Virus record (IMG/VR): IMGVR_UViG_3300025870_000044
Coordinates: 1-31,803 of that record
Strand: one strand, 5' to 3'
Source: a virus
Length of the DNA stretch: 31,803 nucleotides
Shown in pieces: positions 15,294 to 24,586 of this stretch (the first letter of the stretch is position 1; the number at the start of each line of letters is the position of its first letter). The translations under genes were made by a program, and so were the position numbers. Below the pieces are notes generated by a model, which had not been told where the DNA came from, made no database searches, and saw only the letters and a list, made by a program, of their open reading frames with translations.

Positions 15294-15365
15294 CTTTTAT
15301 TTAATTAAGTAAATTATTTATTTTAGTGTTTTGTTATTATTTAAAAATTTGTTATATATAGAATT

Positions 15366-16010
15366 ATGGAAATTACAATCCCAACAAAGTGGGAAGATGT
15401 TACAATAGGAAACTACATCAACCTAAGACCAGTATTAAACTCTAAACTAAACCCTATAGAAAGAGTAATAAACATTCTAGCAGTCTTAACAGGACAGAAA
15501 AGAGATGTAATAAAGAATATTAGTTTAGACCAGTTTAAGTCTATTAAAAAGAAAATGAGTTTCTTAGAGACTGAATTACCTAACAAACTAAAAGACAAAA
15601 GATTTAAGATTGGTGGTCAATGGTATGAGTTTAAAGTAGATGCTAAGAAGTTATTATTTGGAGAGTATATTAACAGTATGGAGATATTGCAAAATGCTCA
15701 GGATAATGAGGAAGCAATATTTAACAACTTGCATCATATACTAACTACTATTTGTAGACCAGTTAAAAAAACTTTGTTTGGTTGGAAACATATTAACGTA
15801 GATAGTGAGATACTTAGAAAGACAGCAGACAACTTTCTAAACAACATGCCAATGACAATAGCTTACCCAATAGGTGTTTTTTTTTACACTCACTCGGAGG
15901 ACTTAACAAAAGTTATAAAAACTTGTTTGATGGAACAAGCCGAGAAGATGACGAAGGAAGCAAGGGAGGAACTGGATTTAGTCAACGATGGGGATGGTGG
16001 CACACCTTAG
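15366..16010 (+). CDS. Tail-assembly-chaperone-like protein, zero-frame product (214 aa).
   Basis: ATG start directly after the non-coding island. It contains a T9 slippery run and an overlapping -1 frame ORF that lacks a normal start. Composition resembles phage chaperone (G-like) proteins, but the family could not be verified. Confidence 0.45.
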   Translation: MEITIPTKWEDVTIGNYINLRPVLNSKLNPIERVINILAVLTGQKRDVIKNISLDQFKSIKKKMSFLETELPNKLKDKRFKIGGQWYEFKVDAKKLLFGEYINSMEILQNAQDNEEAIFNNLHHILTTICRPVKKTLFGWKHINVDSEILRKTADNFLNNMPMTIAYPIGVFFYTHSEDLTKVIKTCLMEQAEKMTKEAREELDLVNDGDGGTP

Positions 16011-16162
16011 ACAATTTGACTAATAGTAGGATAGACAAATGGGATGAGATACTAAACTGGGATATAACTAAAGCTCTAAACATAGTAGCTTATTATAGTG
16101 ATAAACAAAAAATGGAACAACAGGTCCAAAGAGAAATGAGACAAAAGTATAAACATAGATAA
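15884..16162 (+). CDS. -1 frame extension. The predicted frameshift fusion product (G/GT-like) combines codons 1-173 of 15366.. with 92 codons from this frame, about 265 aa in total.
   Basis: The -1 frame is open from 15818 to 16162. Its only candidate start near the 5' end is TTG at 15923; the first in-frame ATG lies in its last ~20 codons. The slippery heptamer T_TTT_TTT sits at 15878-15884 in the zero frame. Confidence 0.45.
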   Translation, partial: LHSLGGLNKSYKNLFDGTSREDDEGSKGGTGFSQRWGWWHTLDNLTNSRIDKWDEILNWDITKALNIVAYYSDKQKMEQQVQREMRQKYKHR

Positions 16163-16752
16163 TGGCAGACCAATTAGACATATTTGGTTTTGATGTTGAC
16201 CAGTTAGAGGAAGTTAAAATAGACAATCCTACTACATTAAGTCAGGTGTTTAATAACATTGCTGCTGACATGGTTTATTGTTTACAGCAATCAGTCCAAA
16301 AAGAGGGGTTAGTCTATAAAGGTAGTTTGCAGAAGTCTATAAGAATGCCTGTTAAAATGTTTGGATTTAGAATGGTTGCTACATTATATCTAGCTGACTA
16401 TTACGATTATCTTAATAAAGGTGTTAAAGGTATTGGAGGGACTCGTAAATATAAAAAAGGAGTAAAGCTAAATGTTCCAGAACCTTGGGTTATTAAAGCA
16501 CCTAACAGCCCTTATGAATTTAAGAAAGGTCCTAGCGTTAGTCATGTTAGACAATGGGCTAAAAGTAAAGGACTAAACGAATATGCTGTAAGAAACTCTA
16601 TTGCTAGAACTGGAATTAGACCTAGATACTTTTTTGATAACTGTATGCAAGAGACTTTCTATGGTGAGGCTTTTAACAAGTTTAAGACAGATATTAGAAT
16701 AGTATCTGGAGAGAGAATAGCAAAAGGATTAAAAGAAATATTAAAGAAATGA
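16162..16752 (+). CDS. HK97 gp10-like head-tail / tail-completion protein (196 aa).
   Basis: VYKGSLQKSIRMPV resembles the TG.L..SI motif of the HK97 gp10 family. TAATG coupling to the upstream ORF. Confidence 0.4.
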   Translation: MADQLDIFGFDVDQLEEVKIDNPTTLSQVFNNIAADMVYCLQQSVQKEGLVYKGSLQKSIRMPVKMFGFRMVATLYLADYYDYLNKGVKGIGGTRKYKKGVKLNVPEPWVIKAPNSPYEFKKGPSVSHVRQWAKSKGLNEYAVRNSIARTGIRPRYFFDNCMQETFYGEAFNKFKTDIRIVSGERIAKGLKEILKK

Positions 16753-18080
16753 GTTTAGAAATTAAATATCTACCACAACAATTTAGAACAGTCTACAATC
16801 CTGTAGAGGTTGTATTATATGAAACCAACAACACAACTAGAAACTACACTGGATTTGCTTATTTGATTGATGTTAAGGATGGTTCTACTACAGTAGGCAG
16901 ATTAAAAGTTCCTCCAACTACTCAAGGTTTTGGAAGATTTGACATGTCTGGTATTATGGAAAGTTATTTATCTAGTGATTTAGGTTTGTTAAATGGAACT
17001 AATATAGACTCTGTTTATGACAATACTAACTCCTATAAAGACTTTACTTTAGAATTTGGATGGGTGCATTATAACACAGGTTCGGCAACTTATGACATTC
17101 CACAGACTGTAACATTCCCAGATAGTTCTACAGGCACTTCTTATGACTTACTAACTTTTAATGGTAGTTTACCAAGATATAGAAGAGACGTAGTTAATTT
17201 CTATGATTGGCAATCTTTAAACTATTTTAGGAATTATACAGCAAGTACAGTAGATAGAAAGTTTTTGACTAACTCTGTAAATGGTGGTTCTGTTAATAAT
17301 CCTTATAATCAAAAAGTAATGTTAACAGATGAGGGTTATTTATATGCTTTGTATGACCATGCAAACTTCCCTTTAACTGAAGTTAATATTAGAATACTTG
17401 ACATTGTAAACAACACAAGAGATGTAATATTGTCTCTACCAACTGGATTAAGTTCATTTAAACATTTAAGAATCCCATTTGCTCCATATACTCTAAATAA
17501 AATTAACTCTACTTATTTAACTAGTGGCAGTCAACCAATTATAGGGACTGAGGATGTTTCTTATAAAATATTTTTATCTGACTCTAGTGGTAGGGCTACA
17601 CAAGAATTCTTTTTTAACATAGACTCAGAATGTAGATTTGAACATAGGAGGCTAGAGTTTTTAAATAGTTTGGGTGGTTTTGATTATTTTAACTTTACTA
17701 AAGTGTCAAGACATACAGAAGATATAGAAAGAAAGTTTTTTCAAACTACTCCAAATGACTTAACTTCTACAGGTGCTATAGACTACTCTATATCTAATAG
17801 AGAAAAGGTCCAATACTATACTAAGTCAATGCCTAAAATAAAACTAACTTCTGACTGGGTTGACTATAATACTTATAATTGGTTGTTAGAACTTATAGAA
17901 AGTCCTGAGATTTATTTAATGGATAGCTATACAGCACCGTCAGGGAGTACAGAAATTAGAAGAATCCCAGTTAAAAACATTGAAGGTAATTGGGAAGAAA
18001 AGATTTCTAGTGTAGATAAAGTATTTAATTTAGAAGTGAATTTAGAGTTTGGTATTAACAATTTTAGACAGAGATTTTAA
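16749..18080 (+). CDS. Virion structural protein, probably a tail / baseplate component (443 aa).
   Basis: ORF translationally coupled (ATGA) within the tail block. Beta-rich and Asn/Thr/Ser/Tyr-rich. No named motif. Confidence 0.3.
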   Translation: MSLEIKYLPQQFRTVYNPVEVVLYETNNTTRNYTGFAYLIDVKDGSTTVGRLKVPPTTQGFGRFDMSGIMESYLSSDLGLLNGTNIDSVYDNTNSYKDFTLEFGWVHYNTGSATYDIPQTVTFPDSSTGTSYDLLTFNGSLPRYRRDVVNFYDWQSLNYFRNYTASTVDRKFLTNSVNGGSVNNPYNQKVMLTDEGYLYALYDHANFPLTEVNIRILDIVNNTRDVILSLPTGLSSFKHLRIPFAPYTLNKINSTYLTSGSQPIIGTEDVSYKIFLSDSSGRATQEFFFNIDSECRFEHRRLEFLNSLGGFDYFNFTKVSRHTEDIERKFFQTTPNDLTSTGAIDYSISNREKVQYYTKSMPKIKLTSDWVDYNTYNWLLELIESPEIYLMDSYTAPSGSTEIRRIPVKNIEGNWEEKISSVDKVFNLEVNLEFGINNFRQRF

Positions 18081-18193
18081 TGGAAGAAAAATTAACAGAA
18101 TTTGAAAAGATGTTAAGGGAGTTAGAAAATAAAGCAGTTCCAGAAAGAACATGCAATATTGATGACGAAAACTGTGAAAGCTGTAGCGGATAA
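18080..18193 (+). CDS. Micro-ORF: 37-aa peptide with a C-x6-C-x2-C cluster.
   Basis: Hand-translated: MEEKLTEFEKMLRELENKAVPERTCNIDDENCESCSG. TAATG overlaps at both ends fill the gap between the two large tail genes exactly. Confidence 0.35.
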   Translation: MEEKLTEFEKMLRELENKAVPERTCNIDDENCESCSG

Positions 18194-21186
18194 TGGTAAA
18201 AGAGGAACTATATATCAATGGAGAAAATGTAGAGTTGTTAGAGTCTTTAAACCCTAACTTAACTTTTAACATTGCTGACATTGCAAACCCAGACCAAAGG
18301 AAAGCTGACTTTTCTAAGACTATTACTTTGCCAGCTAGTAAAAAGATTAATAAAATCTTTGAGCATATATTTGACGTTAACACAGACTTACAAACATTTA
18401 ACCCTAATCTAAGGACTGACGTTATTTATTTAGTAAATGGTGAGGTCCAGTTAGATGGATATTTGCAAATAAAATCTATTAAGAATAAGAATAAAGAAAT
18501 AAATTACGAATGTGTTATTATTGGTAGAATAGGAAATTTTTTTAGTGAACTACAAGAACAGGAATTAACAGACTTAGATTTAAGCAGTTTAAATCATGCT
18601 TACACAAAAGCTAATCAAGTTGCAACTTGGAATCTTCCTTTAACAACTGACTATTGTTATCCAATGATTAACTATGATATTAATTATGGTGGTTTAGCAG
18701 TTAGCGAGATTTGGAATGTCACAGATTTTTTTCCAGCTATAAAAGTTAAAAAATATATAGATGCTATATTTAGTTCAATAGGTTACACTTATACATCTAG
18801 TTTTTTTACTAGTAGTTATTTTAATACTTTAATTATTCCTTTTTCTAGTAAAGATTTTAAACTGTCAGAATCGGCTATAAATAATTTAATATTTAGTGCA
18901 AGTAATCCAAAATTCTTAGGAACAGGAACTGGCTCTAGTAGTTCTTTTAACGGTGTCTATGATGACACTACTACATTTCAGAGTGACACAATAGTTAATC
19001 AGACTGAGGCTTATGACGCTGGCGGTGTTTATGATAATACTACAGGAGTCTTCACTGCTGGCTCTGCGGCTTATTATAACTTAAATTGTATGGCACAAGT
19101 ACAAGGAGAATTTAATTCACCTATAGCTAGTCCTACAGTTGGCACTCAATACACTTTAGTCTCTGACATACATGGTAAAATAAAACTAAATAAATATAAC
19201 TCTAGTGGTGGTTTTATATCTACAATAGATGAACAGTTTTTCGGAATACAAGGTAGTAACACACCAGTCAATCCAAATACAACTATAACAACATCTAGCA
19301 ACCCTACAACGTCATCTAATGAATATTATGTAGGTTCACTATCTAACCCAGCTTATGTAGTAATAGACAATCTTAACAATGCCTCAACACCAAATAAATT
19401 TTATGTAAGTGCTAATAACATATATTTAAATAGTGGTGAAAAAGTAAAACTAGTTGTCGAATATGAATGTAGAGGAAACGATTTAAAACTGTCGACAAAT
19501 ATAAATTTTAACTTCAATCAGTCTAATGTTTTCTGGAAAGACTCAGGTAATAACTTATATGACGCTAGGTCTTTTGGTTTAAACATTTTAAGCAGTTATT
19601 TTAATAATGAGGTAGTAAATTCTACTTATGTTGAGGGAAGTACTATAGACATGTCTTCGTCTATTCCAACAAAAGTTAAACAAAGAGATTTTATTAAGTC
19701 CTTGGTTAATATGTTTAATTTATATATTCAGCCTAACCCAGATGACGAAAAGGATTTAATAATAGAACCTAGAGACGATTTCTATAATAATGACGTAATT
19801 GATTGGAGTGGTAAAATAGATAAAAGCAAAGACATAGAGTTTCTGCCTATGGGTGCTTTAAATAGTAAAGAGTATTTATACACTTATAAAAAAGACAATG
19901 ACTACTACAATGATTTATATTACAATACTTGGGATGAGGTTTACGGACAAGCTGACTTTATTATTAACAATGATTTTCTAAAAGCAGAACATAAAACAGA
20001 AGTTATATTTTCACCAACTCCAAGCGTTGGACAATCTTGGTATGACAGAGTAGTTCCTACTATAATAAAGTTTGACGATAAAAACGGAGTACAAAGAACA
20101 GAAGCTAATATAAGGATTTTACAATGGGGAGGCTTAAAAAACACAGACCAACTATGGCTACATAATGACTCTAATGGTAGTACTTTTAAAACAGACTATC
20201 CTTATGCTGGTATGTATAATGACCCATATTCACCAACAGAAGACATAGGATTTAATTTAACTAATGAAATATATTGGGCTAATGTTTTTAATAATGTTAT
20301 AACTTTTAGTAATAATAATTTATACAATAAATACTATAAAAAGTTTATTGAAGAAATTACAGACACTAACTCCAAGATAGTTAATGCTTATTTTTATTTA
20401 ACTCCAAGTGATATAACTAATTTAAGTTTTAGAAAACAATACTATTTTGAGGGTCAATATTTTAGACTAAATAAAGTAGAGAACTACAATCCATCTAATC
20501 CAATTACAAAATGTGAATTTCTTAAAATAAAAGAGGCTACTGTTTTTAGTCCTAGTACACAGACTTCTCATGGTGGAAATCAAACTTTAGGCGGTCAAAG
20601 AACTCCGACTTTTGGACAAGGAACAGGAACTTTAACTAATGGAAATAGCGTAGGAAATAGAGGGATAAGTACTACTGGTTCTGATAACTATGTAAGTGGA
20701 ACTGTTCAAGGTGCAACTATATCGGGTTCAAACAATAGTATATTTTCAGGAGCAAAAAATGTAATTATTCAAGGTGACGGAAACACAGTTAATTCAGGAG
20801 TTAAAAATGTACAGTTAATAAACTCTAATAATCAAACAGTAACAGAGTCTAATGTGATGTATATTAATGACGAGATTCAAGGAAACGGAAGTTTTAAAAC
20901 TGTGTCCGCTGATTTTATAGCTAGTGAAAATATTAGAACCTATTTAATAGACACCGCTGGTGGAAATGTTATAGCTAGATTTGCAGCTATTTATGGAACT
21001 TCTTTTCCTTACTTTCCACATATTGGTAAAATATGGACTTTTAAAAAATTACATTCTACTCATCAAGCTATTATAGATGCTACTGGATTATCAACCACTA
21101 TAGATGGAAATTCTACTTATACACTTAGTGCAAATAATGATAGCATATCAATAATGTGGGATGGTCAACAATTTAATATAATATAA
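18193..21186 (+). CDS. Large tail / baseplate protein (997 aa) with a C-terminal beta-helix-like repeat region.
   Basis: Largest gene, located in the tail block. The C-terminal stretch GNSVGNRGISTTGSDNYVSGTVQGATISGSNNSIFSGAKNVIIQGDGNTVNSGVKNVQLINSNN has a short-period G/N/S repeat typical of beta-helix tips. Confidence 0.4.
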   Translation: MVKEELYINGENVELLESLNPNLTFNIADIANPDQRKADFSKTITLPASKKINKIFEHIFDVNTDLQTFNPNLRTDVIYLVNGEVQLDGYLQIKSIKNKNKEINYECVIIGRIGNFFSELQEQELTDLDLSSLNHAYTKANQVATWNLPLTTDYCYPMINYDINYGGLAVSEIWNVTDFFPAIKVKKYIDAIFSSIGYTYTSSFFTSSYFNTLIIPFSSKDFKLSESAINNLIFSASNPKFLGTGTGSSSSFNGVYDDTTTFQSDTIVNQTEAYDAGGVYDNTTGVFTAGSAAYYNLNCMAQVQGEFNSPIASPTVGTQYTLVSDIHGKIKLNKYNSSGGFISTIDEQFFGIQGSNTPVNPNTTITTSSNPTTSSNEYYVGSLSNPAYVVIDNLNNASTPNKFYVSANNIYLNSGEKVKLVVEYECRGNDLKLSTNINFNFNQSNVFWKDSGNNLYDARSFGLNILSSYFNNEVVNSTYVEGSTIDMSSSIPTKVKQRDFIKSLVNMFNLYIQPNPDDEKDLIIEPRDDFYNNDVIDWSGKIDKSKDIEFLPMGALNSKEYLYTYKKDNDYYNDLYYNTWDEVYGQADFIINNDFLKAEHKTEVIFSPTPSVGQSWYDRVVPTIIKFDDKNGVQRTEANIRILQWGGLKNTDQLWLHNDSNGSTFKTDYPYAGMYNDPYSPTEDIGFNLTNEIYWANVFNNVITFSNNNLYNKYYKKFIEEITDTNSKIVNAYFYLTPSDITNLSFRKQYYFEGQYFRLNKVENYNPSNPITKCEFLKIKEATVFSPSTQTSHGGNQTLGGQRTPTFGQGTGTLTNGNSVGNRGISTTGSDNYVSGTVQGATISGSNNSIFSGAKNVIIQGDGNTVNSGVKNVQLINSNNQTVTESNVMYINDEIQGNGSFKTVSADFIASENIRTYLIDTAGGNVIARFAAIYGTSFPYFPHIGKIWTFKKLHSTHQAIIDATGLSTTIDGNSTYTLSANNDSISIMWDGQQFNII

Positions 21187-21187
21187 A

Positions 21188-23227
21188 ATGGCAGAAAAAG
21201 TAGCTTTAGAAATAGATATAAATGCAAAGGGAGCAACTACCTCACTAGGACAATTAGAGGAAGAAGCGGAAAGATTAAACGAGGAACTAAGAAAAGTTCC
21301 TTTAGGGACTAAGGCTTTTAAGGATTTAAAACAAGAGTTAGTAGGTGTTAACAAACAAATTAAAAACACTGAGCTATCTATGGAGGCTTTAGATAATGAA
21401 CAAGTAGCTTCTGAACTTGGTTCTGTTGCTGGTGCTGTTGGTGACGTTTCTGCTGCTTTTATTCTACTTGGTGGTGGAGGAGGTGCTATTGAGGACACTG
21501 TAAGAAACATAGAAAAAGCTATAGGAATCTCCATGGCTTTTAAAGGTGCTATTGAAGGAACTCAATCTGCTATGAAGTTATTTAATAATGTTATTAAAAA
21601 CTCTACAGCGTTTCAGAAAATAAATAGTGCAGCTACTGTTCTAGCTACTGGAATAATGGCTTTATTTGGTCAGTCTGTTGTAGCTACTTCTGCTTCTTTT
21701 AAAATTTTAAGAGGTGCAATTATAGCTACTGGAATTGGTGCTTTAGCTGTTGGGGTTGGTTTGTTGATTGCTAATTTTGATAAGATTAAAAACTCTATAA
21801 TGGGGATTAGTGACGCTAGTAAAGACTTACAAGAAACCACTAAAGCAACTACAGAACTAAACAAGAAAAACCTAGAGACTTTAAACAACCAAGAAAACAT
21901 TTTAAAACTACAAGGTAAGACAGAGAGAGAAATTTTAATGATGAAAATTGACGGACAGAAAAAAGTTGTCGAATCATTAAAAGCAGAATTAACAGCACAA
22001 AAAGTAGTTAACGAAGAAAAGGTACAAGGTAGTAAAAGAAATCAAAAGATTTTACAGTTTACTATAAAGTTATTATCTGCTGCTCCATTATTGTTATTAA
22101 AAACTATTGACTTTTTAGGTGAAGGGGTAGAGAAGTTAATTAACTCAATTACACAAAGTGCAGTAGGAAAAAAAATATTTGGACTAGAACCTATAGACGT
22201 TGATTTTGGTTTAACTGAAAAAGCTAATAAATTAATTGAGAAAGCAAGTACTTTAGTTTTTGACCCAGCAGAAACAGAAGCTCAAGGAAAAGAAGATTTA
22301 AAGAAACTAGAAGAACAATTACTACAGCAAGAAAATGCGTTGGCTGGTTTCCAGTTGAGAGTTATTGACATGGACACTAAAGCAGCTAAAACTAAACAAG
22401 ATAAAATTGACAAAATTGAAGCGGATGCTAAATCTAAAAAAGCTAAACAAGACGCTAAAGACTTAGCAGAAAAATTAAGACTAGAAAAAGAAGAGGAAGA
22501 CAGAAGAAAATTTACATTAGAAGAAAAAGAAAGACTAGAGAATGAATATACTCAAAGTATTTTAAGTAATCAAATACAAGAAGAAAACGCTGTTCATGAT
22601 AAATATTTTGCTTTAATAGAAGCAGCTAAACAATATGGTGAGGATGTTACAGTCTTAGAAGAAGCTAGAGAACACGAAATAAATGAAATTAAAAAGAAGT
22701 TTGCTAAAGAAGATTTAGAAAGACAGCAAGCTGTAGAAGATGCTAAAATAGGTTTGGCTATTGATGGGGTTGACGCTTTAATAAACTTAACATCTGCCTT
22801 TGCTAAAGACAATGAAAAGAGTCAGAGACGTGCATTTGAGATAAATAAAAAACTACAAATAGCACAGGCTATTATGCAAACTTACCAAGGTGCAAACGCT
22901 ATCTTTGCTAGTGCTGCAGCTAACCCAACTACAGTTTTATTTCCAGCTCAACCATTTATTGCTGCTGGAATTGCTATTGCTAATGGACTTGCAAATGTTG
23001 TAAACATATCTAAACAACAATTTCAAACTAGTAGTCCTGGAGGAGCTGGACAACAAACTCCCTCTTTTGGTGGAGGCGGTGGAGGCGGAGGAACACCTCC
23101 AACACTACAACCAGCTAACACTAGCACACTAGTACCTCAACAACAAACTCAGGTATTTGTAACTGAAACAGATATAACATCAACACAAAACTCTGTCGCT
23201 GTAATACAAGGACAGGCAACATTTTAA
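21188..23227 (+). CDS. Tape-measure-like protein (679 aa).
   Basis: Ala/Gly-rich hydrophobic segments (AATVLATGIMALFGQSVVATSASFKILRGAIIATGIGALAVGVGLLIANF), a long charged coiled-coil centre, a C-terminal hydrophobic segment, and poly-Gly runs (GGGGG, GGGGGGGG). Confidence 0.5.
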   Translation: MAEKVALEIDINAKGATTSLGQLEEEAERLNEELRKVPLGTKAFKDLKQELVGVNKQIKNTELSMEALDNEQVASELGSVAGAVGDVSAAFILLGGGGGAIEDTVRNIEKAIGISMAFKGAIEGTQSAMKLFNNVIKNSTAFQKINSAATVLATGIMALFGQSVVATSASFKILRGAIIATGIGALAVGVGLLIANFDKIKNSIMGISDASKDLQETTKATTELNKKNLETLNNQENILKLQGKTEREILMMKIDGQKKVVESLKAELTAQKVVNEEKVQGSKRNQKILQFTIKLLSAAPLLLLKTIDFLGEGVEKLINSITQSAVGKKIFGLEPIDVDFGLTEKANKLIEKASTLVFDPAETEAQGKEDLKKLEEQLLQQENALAGFQLRVIDMDTKAAKTKQDKIDKIEADAKSKKAKQDAKDLAEKLRLEKEEEDRRKFTLEEKERLENEYTQSILSNQIQEENAVHDKYFALIEAAKQYGEDVTVLEEAREHEINEIKKKFAKEDLERQQAVEDAKIGLAIDGVDALINLTSAFAKDNEKSQRRAFEINKKLQIAQAIMQTYQGANAIFASAAANPTTVLFPAQPFIAAGIAIANGLANVVNISKQQFQTSSPGGAGQQTPSFGGGGGGGGTPPTLQPANTSTLVPQQQTQVFVTETDITSTQNSVAVIQGQATF

Positions 23228-23237
23228 ATAAAAAACA

Positions 23238-23855
23238 ATGGAAGATAAAACAGAATTAATAGAGTTAATAATAGACGAAGAGGATGAGTCTGGAGTGGAC
23301 TATGTGGCTTTAGTGGACCATCCAGCTATAATGAGTAACTGGCAAGCGTTTCAAAAACATGAGTTTGAAGACAAATATAAAACAGCTTTTAAAATTCAAG
23401 ATGAAGATAAAAGAATAGTTAGTGGTTATTTTATGAAGGCTGATTTGCCTATTATTAGACTAAACGACCAAAACGAAAAATACTATGTAGTATTTAGAAA
23501 ACCAACTATTGAAAAGATAGTCAATAAATTCTTTAAGAATAATTATAATTCTAATATTAATTTAATGCATGATATAGACTATAAAGATAATGGAGTCTAT
23601 GTAATTGAGTCTTTAATTATAGATAGTAAAAGAGGAATAAAAGCTCCTAACGGTTTTGAGAATGCTCCAGATGGTTCATGGTGGGGAAGCATGAGAGTAG
23701 AGAATGATGAAGTTTGGCAGATGGTTAAGGATGGAACTTTTAAAGGATTCTCTGTAGAAGGAATATTCGGAGAGGCTAAAGCTACTAAATACCCTACTAC
23801 TTTAATTAGTAAAATTATTTCAGTAGTTAAGAAATATAAAGAAAAACATTTGTAA
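23238..23855 (+). CDS. XkdF-like putative prohead serine protease (205 aa).
   Basis: The pattern VALVDHPAI...DEDKRIVSGYFM...NINLMHD...VIESLI...GSWWGSMRV.NDEVWQMVKDGTFKGFSVEG follows the PBSX XkdF family layout. It lies upstream of the scaffold and capsid genes. Confidence 0.6.
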   Translation: MEDKTELIELIIDEEDESGVDYVALVDHPAIMSNWQAFQKHEFEDKYKTAFKIQDEDKRIVSGYFMKADLPIIRLNDQNEKYYVVFRKPTIEKIVNKFFKNNYNSNINLMHDIDYKDNGVYVIESLIIDSKRGIKAPNGFENAPDGSWWGSMRVENDEVWQMVKDGTFKGFSVEGIFGEAKATKYPTTLISKIISVVKKYKEKHL

Positions 23856-23909
23856 TTGTTAAAGTACCAATTATTTGTTATATATATAAAAGTATAAATA
23901 ATATATATT

Positions 23910-24581
23910 ATGAGTGAATTAAAAGAGTTATTCAATGAGATTAAAAGCATTTTTAAGACTGAGGGTGTTGACATTGAAAACGATTCTAAGGAATTTGCTG
24001 AAACTACTGAAAACAACGTGGAAGAAACTACTGAAACTGTAAAGGAAAAATTTGAAGATGTAGTACTGGCTGACGGTACTGTAGCTCAGGTTGAGCCTGA
24101 AGTGGTTGTAGGTGCTGCTGTAGTTGTTGACATGGATGGTGAACTTTTACCAGCTCCAGACGGTAGACATGAATTATCTGACGGTAGAGTTATATCTACT
24201 GAAGGTGGTGTGATTGTCGAAGTTGAGGAAGCTGAGGAAGAGGCTGAGCCAGAAGTAGAAGCAGAATCTGTAGAAGAGGAAGAAATGTCTAGTCCTTTAA
24301 GTGAAGCTCAAGAAAGAGAAGCTAAAAAGATTATAGAGTCGATTGTGACTGAAAAAGTTTTCGGAATGGAAGCTACTATTTCAGAAGAAAACAACGAACT
24401 AAAAGAAGAAATAAATAATCTAAAAGAGTCTTTTTCTATGTTGCTAAACTTAACAGAGAAAATGTTAGAAGAGCCAACAAAAAGCGAAGTGGTTAAAAGA
24501 CCATCTAGTTTTAAGGCTTTGAAAAAAGAAAATAAAAAAGACATAATAAGTGTCTTAAAAAGTAAAAATATAATAAAATAA
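23910..24581 (+). CDS. Scaffolding protein (223 aa, highly acidic, helical).
   Basis: Glu-rich (EEAEEEAEPEVEAESVEEEE) with coiled-coil-like ends. Located between the protease and the capsid gene. Confidence 0.5.
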   Translation: MSELKELFNEIKSIFKTEGVDIENDSKEFAETTENNVEETTETVKEKFEDVVLADGTVAQVEPEVVVGAAVVVDMDGELLPAPDGRHELSDGRVISTEGGVIVEVEEAEEEAEPEVEAESVEEEEMSSPLSEAQEREAKKIIESIVTEKVFGMEATISEENNELKEEINNLKESFSMLLNLTEKMLEEPTKSEVVKRPSSFKALKKENKKDIISVLKSKNIIK

Positions 24582-24586
24582 AAATT

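Larger units (their letters stand above)
14656..15365. other. 710-bp gene-free, AT-rich island containing at least seven short-repeat families. It is a candidate replication origin, packaging/terminus region, or regulatory hub.
   Basis: The largest ORF I found here is a 30-codon ORF at 14713..14805. The repeats are itemised in the following features. Confidence 0.85.

Noticed and set aside
15923-16162. The 79-aa ORF as an independently initiated gene from TTG 15923.
   Set aside because: Its frame is open 105 nt further upstream and has no in-frame ATG until its last ~20 codons. It overlaps the upstream gene, which contains a perfect T_TTT_TTT slippery site. Expression by -1 frameshift is the more economical reading.
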